Below are positions 9,247 through 19,516 of a DNA stretch of 45,204 nt, in pieces. The notes beneath the pieces are model-generated. The model saw only the letters and a program-made list of their open reading frames with translations, was not told the DNA's origin and did not search any database. The number at the start of each line of letters is the position of its first letter. The stretch's first letter is position 1. Made by a program: the position numbers and the translations under genes. This stretch comes from an uncultured Myxococcia bacterium (GTDB lineage: Bacteria; CAZTWC01), in NCBI GenBank assembly GCA_964617105.1, contig CAZTWC010000005.1, positions 1 through 45,204 on the forward strand, given 5' to 3'.

Positions 9247-10119
9247 TCAATAGTTTTGAAAAACCACCTTATTGTAGGCAGTCTTAATCCGGTACAGTTC
9301 GTTTTTCAATTCCTCGTAATCGAGGGGTAATTTAAAAACACTGGCCAGGTGGTCCCTCAAGTGGTCCATTTTGAACAGACGTCTTTCTCCCTCAACAACT
9401 ATTATCTTACCTTTATATTTCTCCAGATATTGCCTAAAGATGTCAAGATCATCGACAATCATTGCGTCTTCCACAATAACCACAAAAGGAACACTTTCAG
9501 TTTTCAAAGGAAACATGGCCAGTTTCTTAGCCACATCTATGTAAAATCCCTCTTGCATGAGGCTGGAAAAAATAGTTTTTTCCAGCGGCTCATTCTCCAT
9601 CAACAATAACACATCAAAAGAGAGAAGAAAGTTTAATGCTTCGGTGGGAATTTCCTTGGTAAAACCACCAAATTCCTTGATCAATTCTGTGTATTCAGAA
9701 AACAGTAAAGGATTTAACTCACCAAATAAAAAGATACCGGGGCTAACATCTTTTTTATGACGGCCCGGGCCTGAGTTCTTTAGGTATAACTTAATCCCAT
9801 CGATGGTTTTCAGCAACAAGTTAAAACCATAATCTTGAGATTCCTTGTCCGGGAGAGTGTGAATCCTGGTTGCCAGTTGCTCGAACAGTATAATCGACTG
9901 CAAAATCAGGTGGAGCGAATACTCAAAGGAGAGCTTTTTCGCATCTTCCAGGCTTTTCATAAGTACAATATTGCTTTGAGACAACCGTCTCTGGCCATCT
10001 TCAAGCAAGCCTCGATTGATTAAATAAAATGCCGACTCCAAATTTACTACCTGGGTTTCCAACTCCGCAAGTAGATCTTCAAATTCCAGCCAGCAATCGT
10101 CTATTTGTTCAAAATTCAT
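9247..10119 (-). CDS. Hypothetical protein; possible degenerate Hpt-like helical N-terminus and degenerate receiver-like C-terminus
   Basis: 290-aa ORF co-oriented with the REC genes; domain resemblance is weak and judged by eye. Confidence 0.5.
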   Translation of the reverse strand: MNFEQIDDCWLEFEDLLAELETQVVNLESAFYLINRGLLEDGQRRLSQSNIVLMKSLEDAKKLSFEYSLHLILQSIILFEQLATRIHTLPDKESQDYGFNLLLKTIDGIKLYLKNSGPGRHKKDVSPGIFLFGELNPLLFSEYTELIKEFGGFTKEIPTEALNFLLSFDVLLLMENEPLEKTIFSSLMQEGFYIDVAKKLAMFPLKTESVPFVVIVEDAMIVDDLDIFRQYLEKYKGKIIVVEGERRLFKMDHLRDHLASVFKLPLDYEELKNELYRIKTAYNKVVFQNY

Positions 10120-10374
10120 AAAATGATACTTAAAATATATTCCAGGAATTAAATTACATGAACTATCATTATACCAAAAAATTTATTAGAGTGCAATATA
10201 CATGATTTGATTTAGTCGTTGAACTTGGGTCAATTTTCAAAATGCTTACGCGCAAAAAATCCGCCAATCTGAAATCTCTTTTGGGGTTTATTCTTGATTT
10301 ATTTGGCTAATAACTTTAATATTATCTAAAATCAACAAAATTAAAGAATCAAAAAGATTATTAAGAGGTTGTAA

Positions 10375-13258
10375 ATGGACAAAAAAGATACGGCGGAAAC
10401 AGTTGAAAACCATGAGGAAGAAAAGTTGGGGAAAAAACGGAAAAAGGGTTTGAGTATATTCACCAAACTAAATCTTTCCCTATTTGTGGTTTTTATTATT
10501 CCGGTGGGCTTTATCTTATACCTTGGTTACCTGTTGCAGACCGGCCTGGGGGCAATCAAGGAGGAGGTGAAAAAGACGGTGGTGGTTACCAACGACACCT
10601 ACCGAAAAACCAAAGAGAATGCCGACAATATTCTCAAAATCCATGCCATGGATAAAACTTTATCTGCTGTGCGCTATTTGGAGTTTATTTTTCAATTAAA
10701 AAAAGAGAAGTTATCCACCCCTGAAAATGTGGCGGATGATGAGCAGATAAATAATTTTGTTACCAATGAAAGAATTGGTAACTCTGGTTATTTCTGTATT
10801 ATTGACCCAAAACAGGACACCATTGTATCTCACAACTACTTTGAGCAGGGTACAACTATCAGCGATAAACTAAAAACCCTCGGAACCGTGCTCAAGGAGC
10901 AAGATTACCAGAAAAAATTGGAGTTAGCGGAAAAATCTTCTATGTTGCTGGATGCTTTTGGCCAAGATAATCAGGATCCTGATTATCTTGGAGAAGACAT
11001 GGATAGGATTGTTCAGGAACGTAAACGGACCGCCATCTCTCAGGAGATAATGATAAAGACCAAGACTGAAGGTGCAGCCCGGGAGTATTGGGTTGTAACC
11101 CCAATTAGGGGCACGCCTTACAGTTTAGCCGCCCGATCCACCTTTGAAGATATCAATAAAACTTTTCTGGACCAGGTTTCTACTTCTTTGGGACAGGTTA
11201 CTAAAGTGTTGAATGTAATCAATCAAATCTCGGAGGAGATTACCAATAAATACAGCCTTAACTTGCTAATTATTTTCGGGGTTTTTTTGGTGACCATTTT
11301 AATTATTTGGTTTGTGGTTGGCGAATTGTCCAAACCTTTGGTGGAGATGACCGCTATTGCCGAAAAAATTGCCGATGGTCACCTGGAACAGGAGGCAGTG
11401 ACGATCAGGACATCTGACGAATTGGGCAGGATGGGTCTGGCCTTTAATAAAATGCTGGAAAATTTGCAAACCTTTAATGAACAGGCTCGTGCTGTTGCTA
11501 ACGATGACCTGGACAATCCAATTTTATACAAACAAACCGGCGGCGAACTTGGTAAAACTTTTTCTCTTATGGTGGGCAAATTGAATAATATCGCCTTGCA
11601 GATGGACTGTATTGCCAAGGATGACCTGCATAATCCGATTTTGTGCACTATGAAAAACGGTTCTTTGGGACAGGCTTGCAACAACATGGTGGTAAAATTG
11701 GTAAATATGGCCAGTATCCTTCAGGCGATTGCCGATGACGACCTGCTGAATCCGCTTTTGGACAAAAAATTACAGGGGACTCTTGGGGATGCTTTAACCA
11801 ACATGGTGCAGCGATTGAGAGAAATATCTTTGATGCTCCAGGCGGTGGCCAAAGATGATCTGCACAGCAACATCCTTCAAAAAGAGATGAGCGGCACCCT
11901 GGGTGGTGCACTGCGTGACATGGTGGATCGCTTGCTTATTCTATGCCAGCAGGCAGAATACATCTCCAAAGGCAGGCTGGATGAGATCGAGTATGATCCA
12001 GAGATCGCTCGCGGAGATTTGGGCGGGGCTTTTGCCAACATGTTAAATGCACTCAATTTTATTATCGAGCAAGCCAATGCTATTGCCCATGACGATTTGA
12101 AAAACAGTGTACTGGAAAAGAGTGAGATGGGGCAGATTGGCCAGGTTTTTCAAAAAATGGTCAAAAATCTGTTAGAGATTCAATCGGTAGCCCAGATTAT
12201 CGCTTCTGGCGATATAGATCACCAACTATTAACCCACCGGACCAATTCAGGCTCTATTGGCAGCGCCATGAACAGTATGTTGAAAACCTTGAACAGTTTG
12301 GTAGAGCAGGCCAGGGCTATTGCTGACGGCCGGTTGTCGGATGATGTTCTTTTTGAGCCACTGCCGGGCCGCATCGGGGAGGCTTTCATCCTCATGCGCG
12401 ATAACCTAATNNNNNNNNNNGGAGAAACTGCAGCAGTCCTCATCGATTATAGGCAGATCCAGCAACGAAATTTTGCAAGCATCGGAACAGATGAGTGATG
12501 GAGCCAAAGAGCAGTCCAATAAACTTGAATTTTCGGTTTCATCGGTGTCGGAATTGTCTTCCAGTATTCGCCAGGTGGCGGTTAATACCATTAATGCCTG
12601 CGATTTGGCGGAAGTTGGAGAGCAGAAAGTTAGTGAGGGCGAAAATTCAGTTTCAGCCACTATTGATGGGATGGCATTAATTAAACGCTCTGCCGAGGAA
12701 ACCGCCGATAAAATTAGGGAGTTGGGACTGCGCAGCCAAGAGATCAGCAAAATCGTGGAAACCATTGTAGAGATATCGGAACAGACCAATCTCCTTTCTA
12801 TCAATGCTTCTATCGAAGCGGCCAGGGCAGGCGAGAGTGGCAAGGGGTTTGCCGTGGTGGCGGAGCAGGTTAGGAAATTAGCTGAGCGCTCAGCCCGGAG
12901 TGCCAAAGAGATCACCGATATCGTTGAAAACATACAAGAATCCACCGACTCCACCGTGGGTAAAATGAAAAGTATGGTTCAAATTGTAGAGGAGGGGACT
13001 AACTTGACCGATAAAACCGGCGAAGCCTTTTACGCTATTTTTGATACTATTAAGGAGATTGTATTATCTATTAACAAAATAAAAGAGAAAGCCACCCGCC
13101 AGTCCTCGGTAAGTGATGAGGTAGCCCGGGGATTTGAGTCCATTGCTCTGGTTTCAAAACAGACAGCAGTCAGTTCCGAACGTGCAGTTCATGATTCCAG
13201 GTCCCTGCTATCGGTAGCTTCGGAGTTGGAGAAAGCCATAAGCAGATTCGAGATTTAG
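10375..13258 (+). CDS. Methyl-accepting chemotaxis protein: 2 TM, Cache-like periplasmic domain, poly-HAMP array (one gene split by an assembly gap)
   Basis: Two TM segments, [12 protein letters not shown] Cache-like motif, nine HAMP-like units. After the N-gap the frame from 12422 reads [11 protein letters not shown]... into [40 protein letters not shown]. Confidence 0.93.
12411..12420. other. Assembly gap (10 N) causing an apparent frameshift in the MCP gene
   Basis: Run of N; the reading frame changes across it. Confidence 0.97.
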
Positions 13259-13623
13259 ACCTCTTTAAGATAGTCCATTGCCTCCACTGTGCTATCAAAA
13301 CTTTGGAGAGCACTTTTTAGCCCCAAATAGAGAAAATTCTTTTGCACATTACTGGACAAATTGCAAAAGACAACCGTTCCACCGATTTTAGACAAATTTT
13401 TATAAAGGGATAAAAACTCTCTAAAAGCAGTGGATTCAATAAGACGGATTTTAGACAGGTCTATGGCAAATTTACAATGGTTTTGAGTTAAATATTTACT
13501 GGTTTCTTCCCTGAACATGATACAGGTATCCAGGTCAAAGGTATTTCGGTTACCTGGGATCTCCATCAACACTACATCGTCAATAATTTTAGAAACAATT
13601 GCCTTTGATTTAATAACCAGCAT
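13255..13623 (-). CDS. STAS domain protein (anti-sigma factor antagonist-like)
   Basis: [13 protein letters not shown]...[13 protein letters not shown]...GL...FDSTVEA; convergent 4-nt overlap with the MCP stop. Confidence 0.85.
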   Translation of the reverse strand: MLVIKSKAIVSKIIDDVVLMEIPGNRNTFDLDTCIMFREETSKYLTQNHCKFAIDLSKIRLIESTAFREFLSLYKNLSKIGGTVVFCNLSSNVQKNFLYLGLKSALQSFDSTVEAMDYLKEV

Positions 13624-13651
13624 TTTTGGATTTCCTTGTTTGATTTTTTAC

Positions 13652-13686
13652 TAAATGTATAAACGCTTAAATGTATAAACGCTTAA
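13652..13686. repeat. 16-bp tandem duplication TAAATGTATAAACGCT x2 (+TAA) upstream of the STAS gene
   Basis: Exact copies at 13652-13667 and 13668-13683. Confidence 0.9.
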
Positions 13687-13779
13687 TAGTATAGTTCAAA
13701 TAAAAAAAGATTTATAACCTAAAACACTATCATGCTTCCAGTGAAGAATTCAACCTATTTTTAACCAAATGGGCAACAA

Positions 13780-15342
13780 TCATGATAGATCCTCTGCCAT
13801 TCGCAAGGCTGCCGCCTGAATGGTAAGAGTTGGATTCATACTGGAGCCGGTAACAAAGGTAGAGCCGTCAGCCACAAAAAGATTGGTGATATGGTGGCAG
13901 CGGCCTAACCCGTCCACCACTGATTTCTCTGGATCTTTGCCCATACGGCAGGTGCCCAGATAGTGGTTGCTGACTCCGGCTATGTAACCCTGTTCCTCTA
14001 TCTCCTGGCCTTCAGCCGCTTCCATGATTTGTCTGATTTTAGTTTTCATGGTGCTCAGCATCCTTTCTTCATTTTTTGCCAACTTAAAGTGTATTTTGGG
14101 CACCGGTATCCCCCAATAGTCTTTGACATTAGGGTCAATGGTCACCCGGTTGAATTGATACGGCAACTGTTCTGCGTCCGCCACTAATTGAGTGCGGTGG
14201 CCAAAATAACGCTGCATAAATTCCTTATGCTCCAGGCCCCAGAGGTAACCACCGGTCATAAGGGCCAACTCCAGGGGGCCTTCATCAAAATAATTTGTGA
14301 TTTTGTATCCCCTCACAAAGTCATTTTCTGGAGCGGTTTGGGAAAAATCGGTTATTATGCCGGTATCTATGGCTTTATAGGCGTTTAGCCGCTGTTCAAA
14401 ATAAGCCTGGCAACTTATGGATGGATGTTCCATAAGATATTTGCCCACCAGTCCGCTTTTGTTGGCCAGCCCCTCCGGAAATTGACTATTGGCCGAGTTT
14501 AAAAGCAGCCTGGGAGTTTCGATACCGTTACAACATAGAACCACCGCTCCGACAGTGAGACGTTTCTCAATCCCCTTCCGGTCAAAATAGATCACTCCAT
14601 TTACCAGCCCTTTTGTATCCAGGGTTATTTTTCTGACCATACAATTGGTGTGGATTTTTACCCGGCCGGTCTTTTCTGCCTGGGGGATCAAGGTAACATC
14701 CATGCTGGATTTGGCCCGCCGTTTACACCCAAAAGCGCAGCATCCACAGTAGTTGCAGGATGGTCTGCCGGCGTAAGGCCGGCTGAGATTTGCCACCGGG
14801 CAGTGGTGAACTTTGATACCTAATTTGGCAGCGCCTTTAATAATGGTCTTGGTGGCACAGTGAAAAGGGTGGGGCGGATTGGGGTAAGGGACATCTGGCC
14901 ACAGGGAGTTATCCCGCCGGCCCGACACTCCGAGTAAATATTCCACTTTGCGATAATAAGGGGCCAACTCCTGGTAAGTAAAAGGCCAGTCGTCAGCAAC
15001 GCCATCCAGAGTTTTAACTTGAAAATCGGAAGGTAAAAATCGGGGAGAAACCATGCCGTAAGCCACAGTACCGCCACCCACTGCCCGCACTCGGCCAACA
15101 ATGAAGTTTCCGCTCTCTACCGTATATCTTTCCATCTTCGGAGATGGAGGCGAGAAAGTGTTTATGCCTCGGGTTTCGTAATCAGGACAATGGCTAAAAT
15201 AGTTACTGTCAGGGCTGTAGCGTTTGCCAGCCTCCAGCGCAACCACCTCAATTCCCCGCCGAGCCAATTCCCAGATCACTACGCCGCCAGCCGCTCCAGT
15301 ACCTATCACGCAGACTCGGTTAGAATTGCCCCTGGTTGGCAT
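13780..15342 (-). CDS. GMC family FAD oxidoreductase
   Basis: VIGTGAAGG dinucleotide fold, VGGGT, CNYCGCCAFGC, GLVGKYLMEH, HYLGTCRMG, NPTLTIQA. Confidence 0.93.
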   Translation of the reverse strand: MPTRGNSNRVCVIGTGAAGGVVIWELARRGIEVVALEAGKRYSPDSNYFSHCPDYETRGINTFSPPSPKMERYTVESGNFIVGRVRAVGGGTVAYGMVSPRFLPSDFQVKTLDGVADDWPFTYQELAPYYRKVEYLLGVSGRRDNSLWPDVPYPNPPHPFHCATKTIIKGAAKLGIKVHHCPVANLSRPYAGRPSCNYCGCCAFGCKRRAKSSMDVTLIPQAEKTGRVKIHTNCMVRKITLDTKGLVNGVIYFDRKGIEKRLTVGAVVLCCNGIETPRLLLNSANSQFPEGLANKSGLVGKYLMEHPSISCQAYFEQRLNAYKAIDTGIITDFSQTAPENDFVRGYKITNYFDEGPLELALMTGGYLWGLEHKEFMQRYFGHRTQLVADAEQLPYQFNRVTIDPNVKDYWGIPVPKIHFKLAKNEERMLSTMKTKIRQIMEAAEGQEIEEQGYIAGVSNHYLGTCRMGKDPEKSVVDGLGRCHHITNLFVADGSTFVTGSSMNPTLTIQAAALRMAEDLS

Positions 15343-16573
15343 CTACTGTTTTTCCGGATATTGGAGGATTATACCAATGGCCAGTTTATCCGCGTCAGTG
15401 GCCCCTTCGCTATACACTATGCCCACGGACTTCTTATCTTTATATACATGGACGGTGATATTGTTTTGGGTACCGATGGTGGGGATTTGATTATTAAAAA
15501 TATGCTCCACTTCGGTTTTGTTCAAGCCCAGTTTAAGTCCATTGGCAGCCTGGCCGAAATAGGGAGGAAAGAGAGCCACCGATACTGTTCTGGTTTTAAC
15601 AAAGGAACTCGCAAATCCATCGACTTTATCCAGATAGGTAACCTGCAATCCTAAATTGTTGTAGATCTCAAAAGAGAGGTCACCTTTCAATGTTTGTCCG
15701 GCTATTTTTATTGGCAATTCCTGGTTGGGTAAAAGCGTGGTGGAGTCTGGTTTTCCCAGGATGGCCTGAACCTGGTCATGGTTCATAATTGGATCGGATG
15801 CACCAGGCAAATAGGTGATTTTTTGTCCGGCGGGAAGTTGAATATATGAATCGTTGATAGTAAAAGTGCCGCCGGGTACTACCTTGGTTTTGAGAATCAG
15901 GATGATGCCATCTATTTTTTCCGCTTGATCGTATCTGACAAACAATCCCTCTTTGAAATAGAGGGCAAAGGTCCCGCTGAGACTACTTTGGGAGTTTGTG
16001 GGTATTTTACCCAGGTGGTCTGGTTGACTGTATTTGGTAATGGCCTCCAGATCCGAACGGGAACTGCCAAAAGTAATCCCGCCTTCCAACTGGCCCTTGT
16101 GCTTGGGCAGTGCTGTTATCCGGATCACTTTATCATTGTTGTCTATTTTATTAGTCTTATTGTCAAACTTGATACCGGCAAAAGCGATAGTTAATCCGGC
16201 ATCTTCAAAATCCAGAGTTTGTTTACGAAATTTGTTGACTGTTCCCCATGAACCCAGCTTGTTGGCCACGGTTTGGTAGGAGTCCTGCAGTTGAACCGAA
16301 TTTTTAATGCCCACTCCCGGTAGCAGATCGGCATTGNNNNNNNNNNTCGATATCCGGAATTTGCCCACTGTCAGTTTGTCCGGCATCCGGTTGGCTGCTA
16401 TCGACTTGTCCGGCATCAGTGTTGCCACTGGTGTCAGTATCTTGAGTGCCGCTATCCTGGGTTTGTTGGCTGCCACCATCAGTGGTTGTGGCAGTTTCTT
16501 CACCACAGGCTAAAAACCAGAAAAGAAGCATTGCGACAAAAAGCATTAGCAGAGCGGAATAATTTTTTTTCAT
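15343..16573 (-). CDS. Lipoprotein with D[AS]G-rich linker and repeated C-terminal domain (one gene split by an assembly gap)
   Basis: MKKNYSALLMLFVAMLLFWFLAC lipobox at ATG 16573 (GAGGAG RBS), DGG/DSG/DAG linker, N-gap, then continues in the 15343 frame (NADLLPGVGIK...QYPEKQ). Confidence 0.78.
16337..16346. other. Assembly gap (10 N) within the lipoprotein gene
   Basis: Run of N. Confidence 0.97.
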
Positions 16574-16712
16574 TTTTAACTCCTCATATTCTTGCAAGAA
16601 ATAAAACTTTCAATCGGCAACCGGTTCAAGTAGGAATCCTGAGTATTGATATTTATATCATGCAATAAAACTTTTAGTCAATTTTTTCATATCTTCAATA
16701 ATCTTCAAATAT

Positions 16713-17402
16713 TCATAATTTGTGCAGGCACAAATGTTCCGCCTCCAGAGTGATCTTTTTCAGTCGTTCCTGTAGATATTGCTGCTCTTTTTCTATTTGA
16801 CCCCTCTCTTTTTTGGGGCCGATAAAAATTGGTTCATCTACAACCACTACTATTTGCGAAAAAGGTTTGGGAAGTTGATACTTATCCCAGGCTTTATGAA
16901 AAATTTTAACTTTAACTCCGGCAGCAGACATTGGTAATATGGGCGCTCCGGTATGGCGTGCCAATTGGATTATCCCACCTTTAACCCGGCGCGCTGGCCC
17001 TCTGGGGCCATCAACAGCCACTACGGTGGCATAGCCTTTTTTTAACATTCTCAGGAGAGCAAGAAGACCGCGGGCGCCTTCTCTGGAGGATGAACCCCGG
17101 ACACTTTTAATACCGAACCAGCGAAGGATATAGGTTTGCAGTTGTCCGTCACGGCTCAAACTGGTCAGGGTTACCAATTTTCGGGGTGATTTCAAGGAAA
17201 ACATGTAAAATTGACGGCCATGGTAAAAGGCCAATAAAGGTCCATTCAAATCATCGCTAAAACCCTTGCTGATATTGGTCAAACCTCTAATTTCTACCCG
17301 GAGGGTTTTGTGTATCAGCCATATAAGAATAGCTAAGGGAATAGAGAGAAAAAAGAGAAATAGATTACGAAAAAAGAGTACGATAGAGTTCACAAAATCC
17401 AC
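16713..17402 (-). CDS. DUF374 / lysophospholipid acyltransferase family protein
   Basis: AFYHGR, SLSRDG, VRGSSSREG, VDGPRGP, WDKYQLPKPFS. GTG start. Confidence 0.88.
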   Translation of the reverse strand: MDFVNSIVLFFRNLFLFFLSIPLAILIWLIHKTLRVEIRGLTNISKGFSDDLNGPLLAFYHGRQFYMFSLKSPRKLVTLTSLSRDGQLQTYILRWFGIKSVRGSSSREGARGLLALLRMLKKGYATVVAVDGPRGPARRVKGGIIQLARHTGAPILPMSAAGVKVKIFHKAWDKYQLPKPFSQIVVVVDEPIFIGPKKERGQIEKEQQYLQERLKKITLEAEHLCLHKL

Positions 17403-17704
17403 CTATAACCACACTATTACATGGTGCCCATCCCAATTTTCGCCCGAAAAACAATCTCCCAGCAAACACTACCAGGCGCTTATTTATGACACTGACCAAA
17501 ATACGTTTTATTTTAACCTATTAATCAATATTTGCAAAGAGCCGGATAAACTTTCTTTTGACTTTTTATTTAATTAATGTAATAAATATGCTCTTTTCTT
17601 TAGGTTGTGGAATAAAAAATTATTTCATTTTGTTACTCCCTGTAGTTATAGTTTCTAAATAGACGCAAACTAATTTATTAATCCATTTTTATGGAGATTA
17701 TTAA

Positions 17705-18646
17705 ATGATTGAGGTAAAGAACCTTACCAGAAAATTTAAAGATCTGGTGGCCATTAACAATGTCTCCTTTACCCTGGAGAAGGGGGACATTCTGGGATTT
17801 CTCGGTCCCAACGGAGCTGGAAAGACCACCACCATGCGTATTATTACCGGATATATCCCTGCCACCAGCGGCACAGTTAATGTGGCGGGGTACGATATCT
17901 TTGAAAATCCTTTAGCGGTTAAAAAAAGGATCGGATATCTGCCAGAACATCCACCACTGTATCAAGAACTTACGGTTAAAGATTACCTGAGTTACGTGGC
18001 TAACCTAAAAGGGGTGGACGGCAGAAAAATCCAGTCAGAGTTGGGGCGGGTGACGGAACTTTGCAGTCTGGAGGCAGTATTTAACCGTTTAATCGACAAT
18101 ATCTCCAAAGGATTCAGGCAACGGGTGGGGCTGGCTCAGGCCATGATTGGCGATCCAGAAATCCTTATATTGGACGAACCTACAGTGGGATTGGACCCCA
18201 ACCAGATAATGGAAGTGCGGGAGATGATTAAAAATCTCGCTCAAAACCACACGGTTATCCTCTCCACTCACATTTTACCGGAAGTGACCATGACCTGCCA
18301 GCGGGTAGTGATTATTCATCAGGGTAAAGTGAAAGCAGAAGACAGTATCGATGGTTTGTTGAGCCGTTTTCATCGCTCCTACCGTATCCATGTGCAGACC
18401 AGAAGTGGAGATGGCCAACTGGTTCAGAACCTGGAGTCAATCCAGGGGGTCAATCGGGTATTGCCGGGCAACAATGGCCAGGGCAGTTTTGTGGTAGAAG
18501 CGGATGATAAAGGCATTCGTGAAGTAGTGGCCCAAAAGATTGTGGAGAGCGGGGCCGGACTATTAGAACTTCACTCATCCACCATCAGCCTGGAGGAGGT
18601 ATTCAAGGAACTCACCACCGAAGAGAAGGGGGTGCAAAATGGCTAA
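17705..18646 (+). CDS. ABC transporter ATP-binding protein (GldA-like)
   Basis: GPNGAGKTT, SKGFRQRVGLAQA, LILDEPTVGLDP, STHIL. Confidence 0.95.
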   Translation: MIEVKNLTRKFKDLVAINNVSFTLEKGDILGFLGPNGAGKTTTMRIITGYIPATSGTVNVAGYDIFENPLAVKKRIGYLPEHPPLYQELTVKDYLSYVANLKGVDGRKIQSELGRVTELCSLEAVFNRLIDNISKGFRQRVGLAQAMIGDPEILILDEPTVGLDPNQIMEVREMIKNLAQNHTVILSTHILPEVTMTCQRVVIIHQGKVKAEDSIDGLLSRFHRSYRIHVQTRSGDGQLVQNLESIQGVNRVLPGNNGQGSFVVEADDKGIREVVAQKIVESGAGLLELHSSTISLEEVFKELTTEEKGVQNG

Positions 18647-19439
18647 TCCATTGAAAAACATTTTTGCCGTGTCCAAAAAAGAGTTTAAAACCTATTTCTC
18701 GACCCCGGTAGCCTACGTGATATTTGGTGTATTCGTAATAATATGCAGTTATTTTTTCGTTAGGCTGGTGGAGTTTTTTCAGCGTCAGTCAGTGCAGTAC
18801 ATGCAATTCAGGGCTCCTCATATGCTGGAGAAGATGAACTTGAACGACATGGTTTTGCGTCCCCTGTTTTTAAATATTGATATCTTTTTTCTGCTCATGC
18901 TGCCTATCATTACCATGCGCTTGATTGCAGAGGAGAAAAAAAGCAAAACCTATGAACTTTTAATGACCACTCCCATCTCTATTTGGGACATTGTAATCGG
19001 CAAATATCTGGCCGCAATAACCGTGGTGTTTTTCATGCTGCTTTTAACTCTCCCCTATCCCCTGCTTCTCCATTTTTTAGCCACTCCCGGCAGCGGGATA
19101 GAATGGTCTCCAGTTTTGGTAAGTTATTTGGGTATATTTTTACTGGGCTCCAGTTTCGTGGCTTTGGGTATATTTTCTTCCTCGGTAACCGAAAATCAGG
19201 TGGTAGCGGCTATTTTGGGTTTTGGTTTGCTGTTAATGTTTTGGGTTATCGGTTGGGCTGCCACTGAGGCGGATACGGTGACTGGCCAGATATTAAAATA
19301 TGTCTCTATTTTAGACCATTTGGATGGATTCACCAAGGGGGTGATAAAGATAAAAGATGTAGTGTTTTATCTCTCTTTTATCTTCTTTTTTCTGTTTATT
19401 ACCCATAGGTGGCTCGAGTCGCAACGCTGGAGAGTATAA
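18639..19439 (+). CDS. ABC-2 permease (GldF-like)
   Basis: KKEFKTYFSTPVAY, PIITMRLIAEEK..KTYELLMT.P, IVIGKY, SSVTENQVVA; multiple TM segments. Confidence 0.92.
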   Translation: MANPLKNIFAVSKKEFKTYFSTPVAYVIFGVFVIICSYFFVRLVEFFQRQSVQYMQFRAPHMLEKMNLNDMVLRPLFLNIDIFFLLMLPIITMRLIAEEKKSKTYELLMTTPISIWDIVIGKYLAAITVVFFMLLLTLPYPLLLHFLATPGSGIEWSPVLVSYLGIFLLGSSFVALGIFSSSVTENQVVAAILGFGLLLMFWVIGWAATEADTVTGQILKYVSILDHLDGFTKGVIKIKDVVFYLSFIFFFLFITHRWLESQRWRV

Positions 19440-19516
19440 GCATAAGCGTAAGTTTCTAAAGAGAAGAAAACGATTTTTTTTTAATTGATTATGAAATTAT
19501 AGATCTGGAGAAGCAA

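Noticed and set aside
12411-12420. Frameshift/pseudogene or programmed frameshift in the MCP
   Set aside because: The frame change coincides with a 10-N placeholder gap and both halves are intact.
16304-16597. Separate small lipoprotein plus a 387-aa ORF starting at 16506
   Set aside because: One gene split by the N-gap; the 16506 N-terminus is an out-of-frame read.
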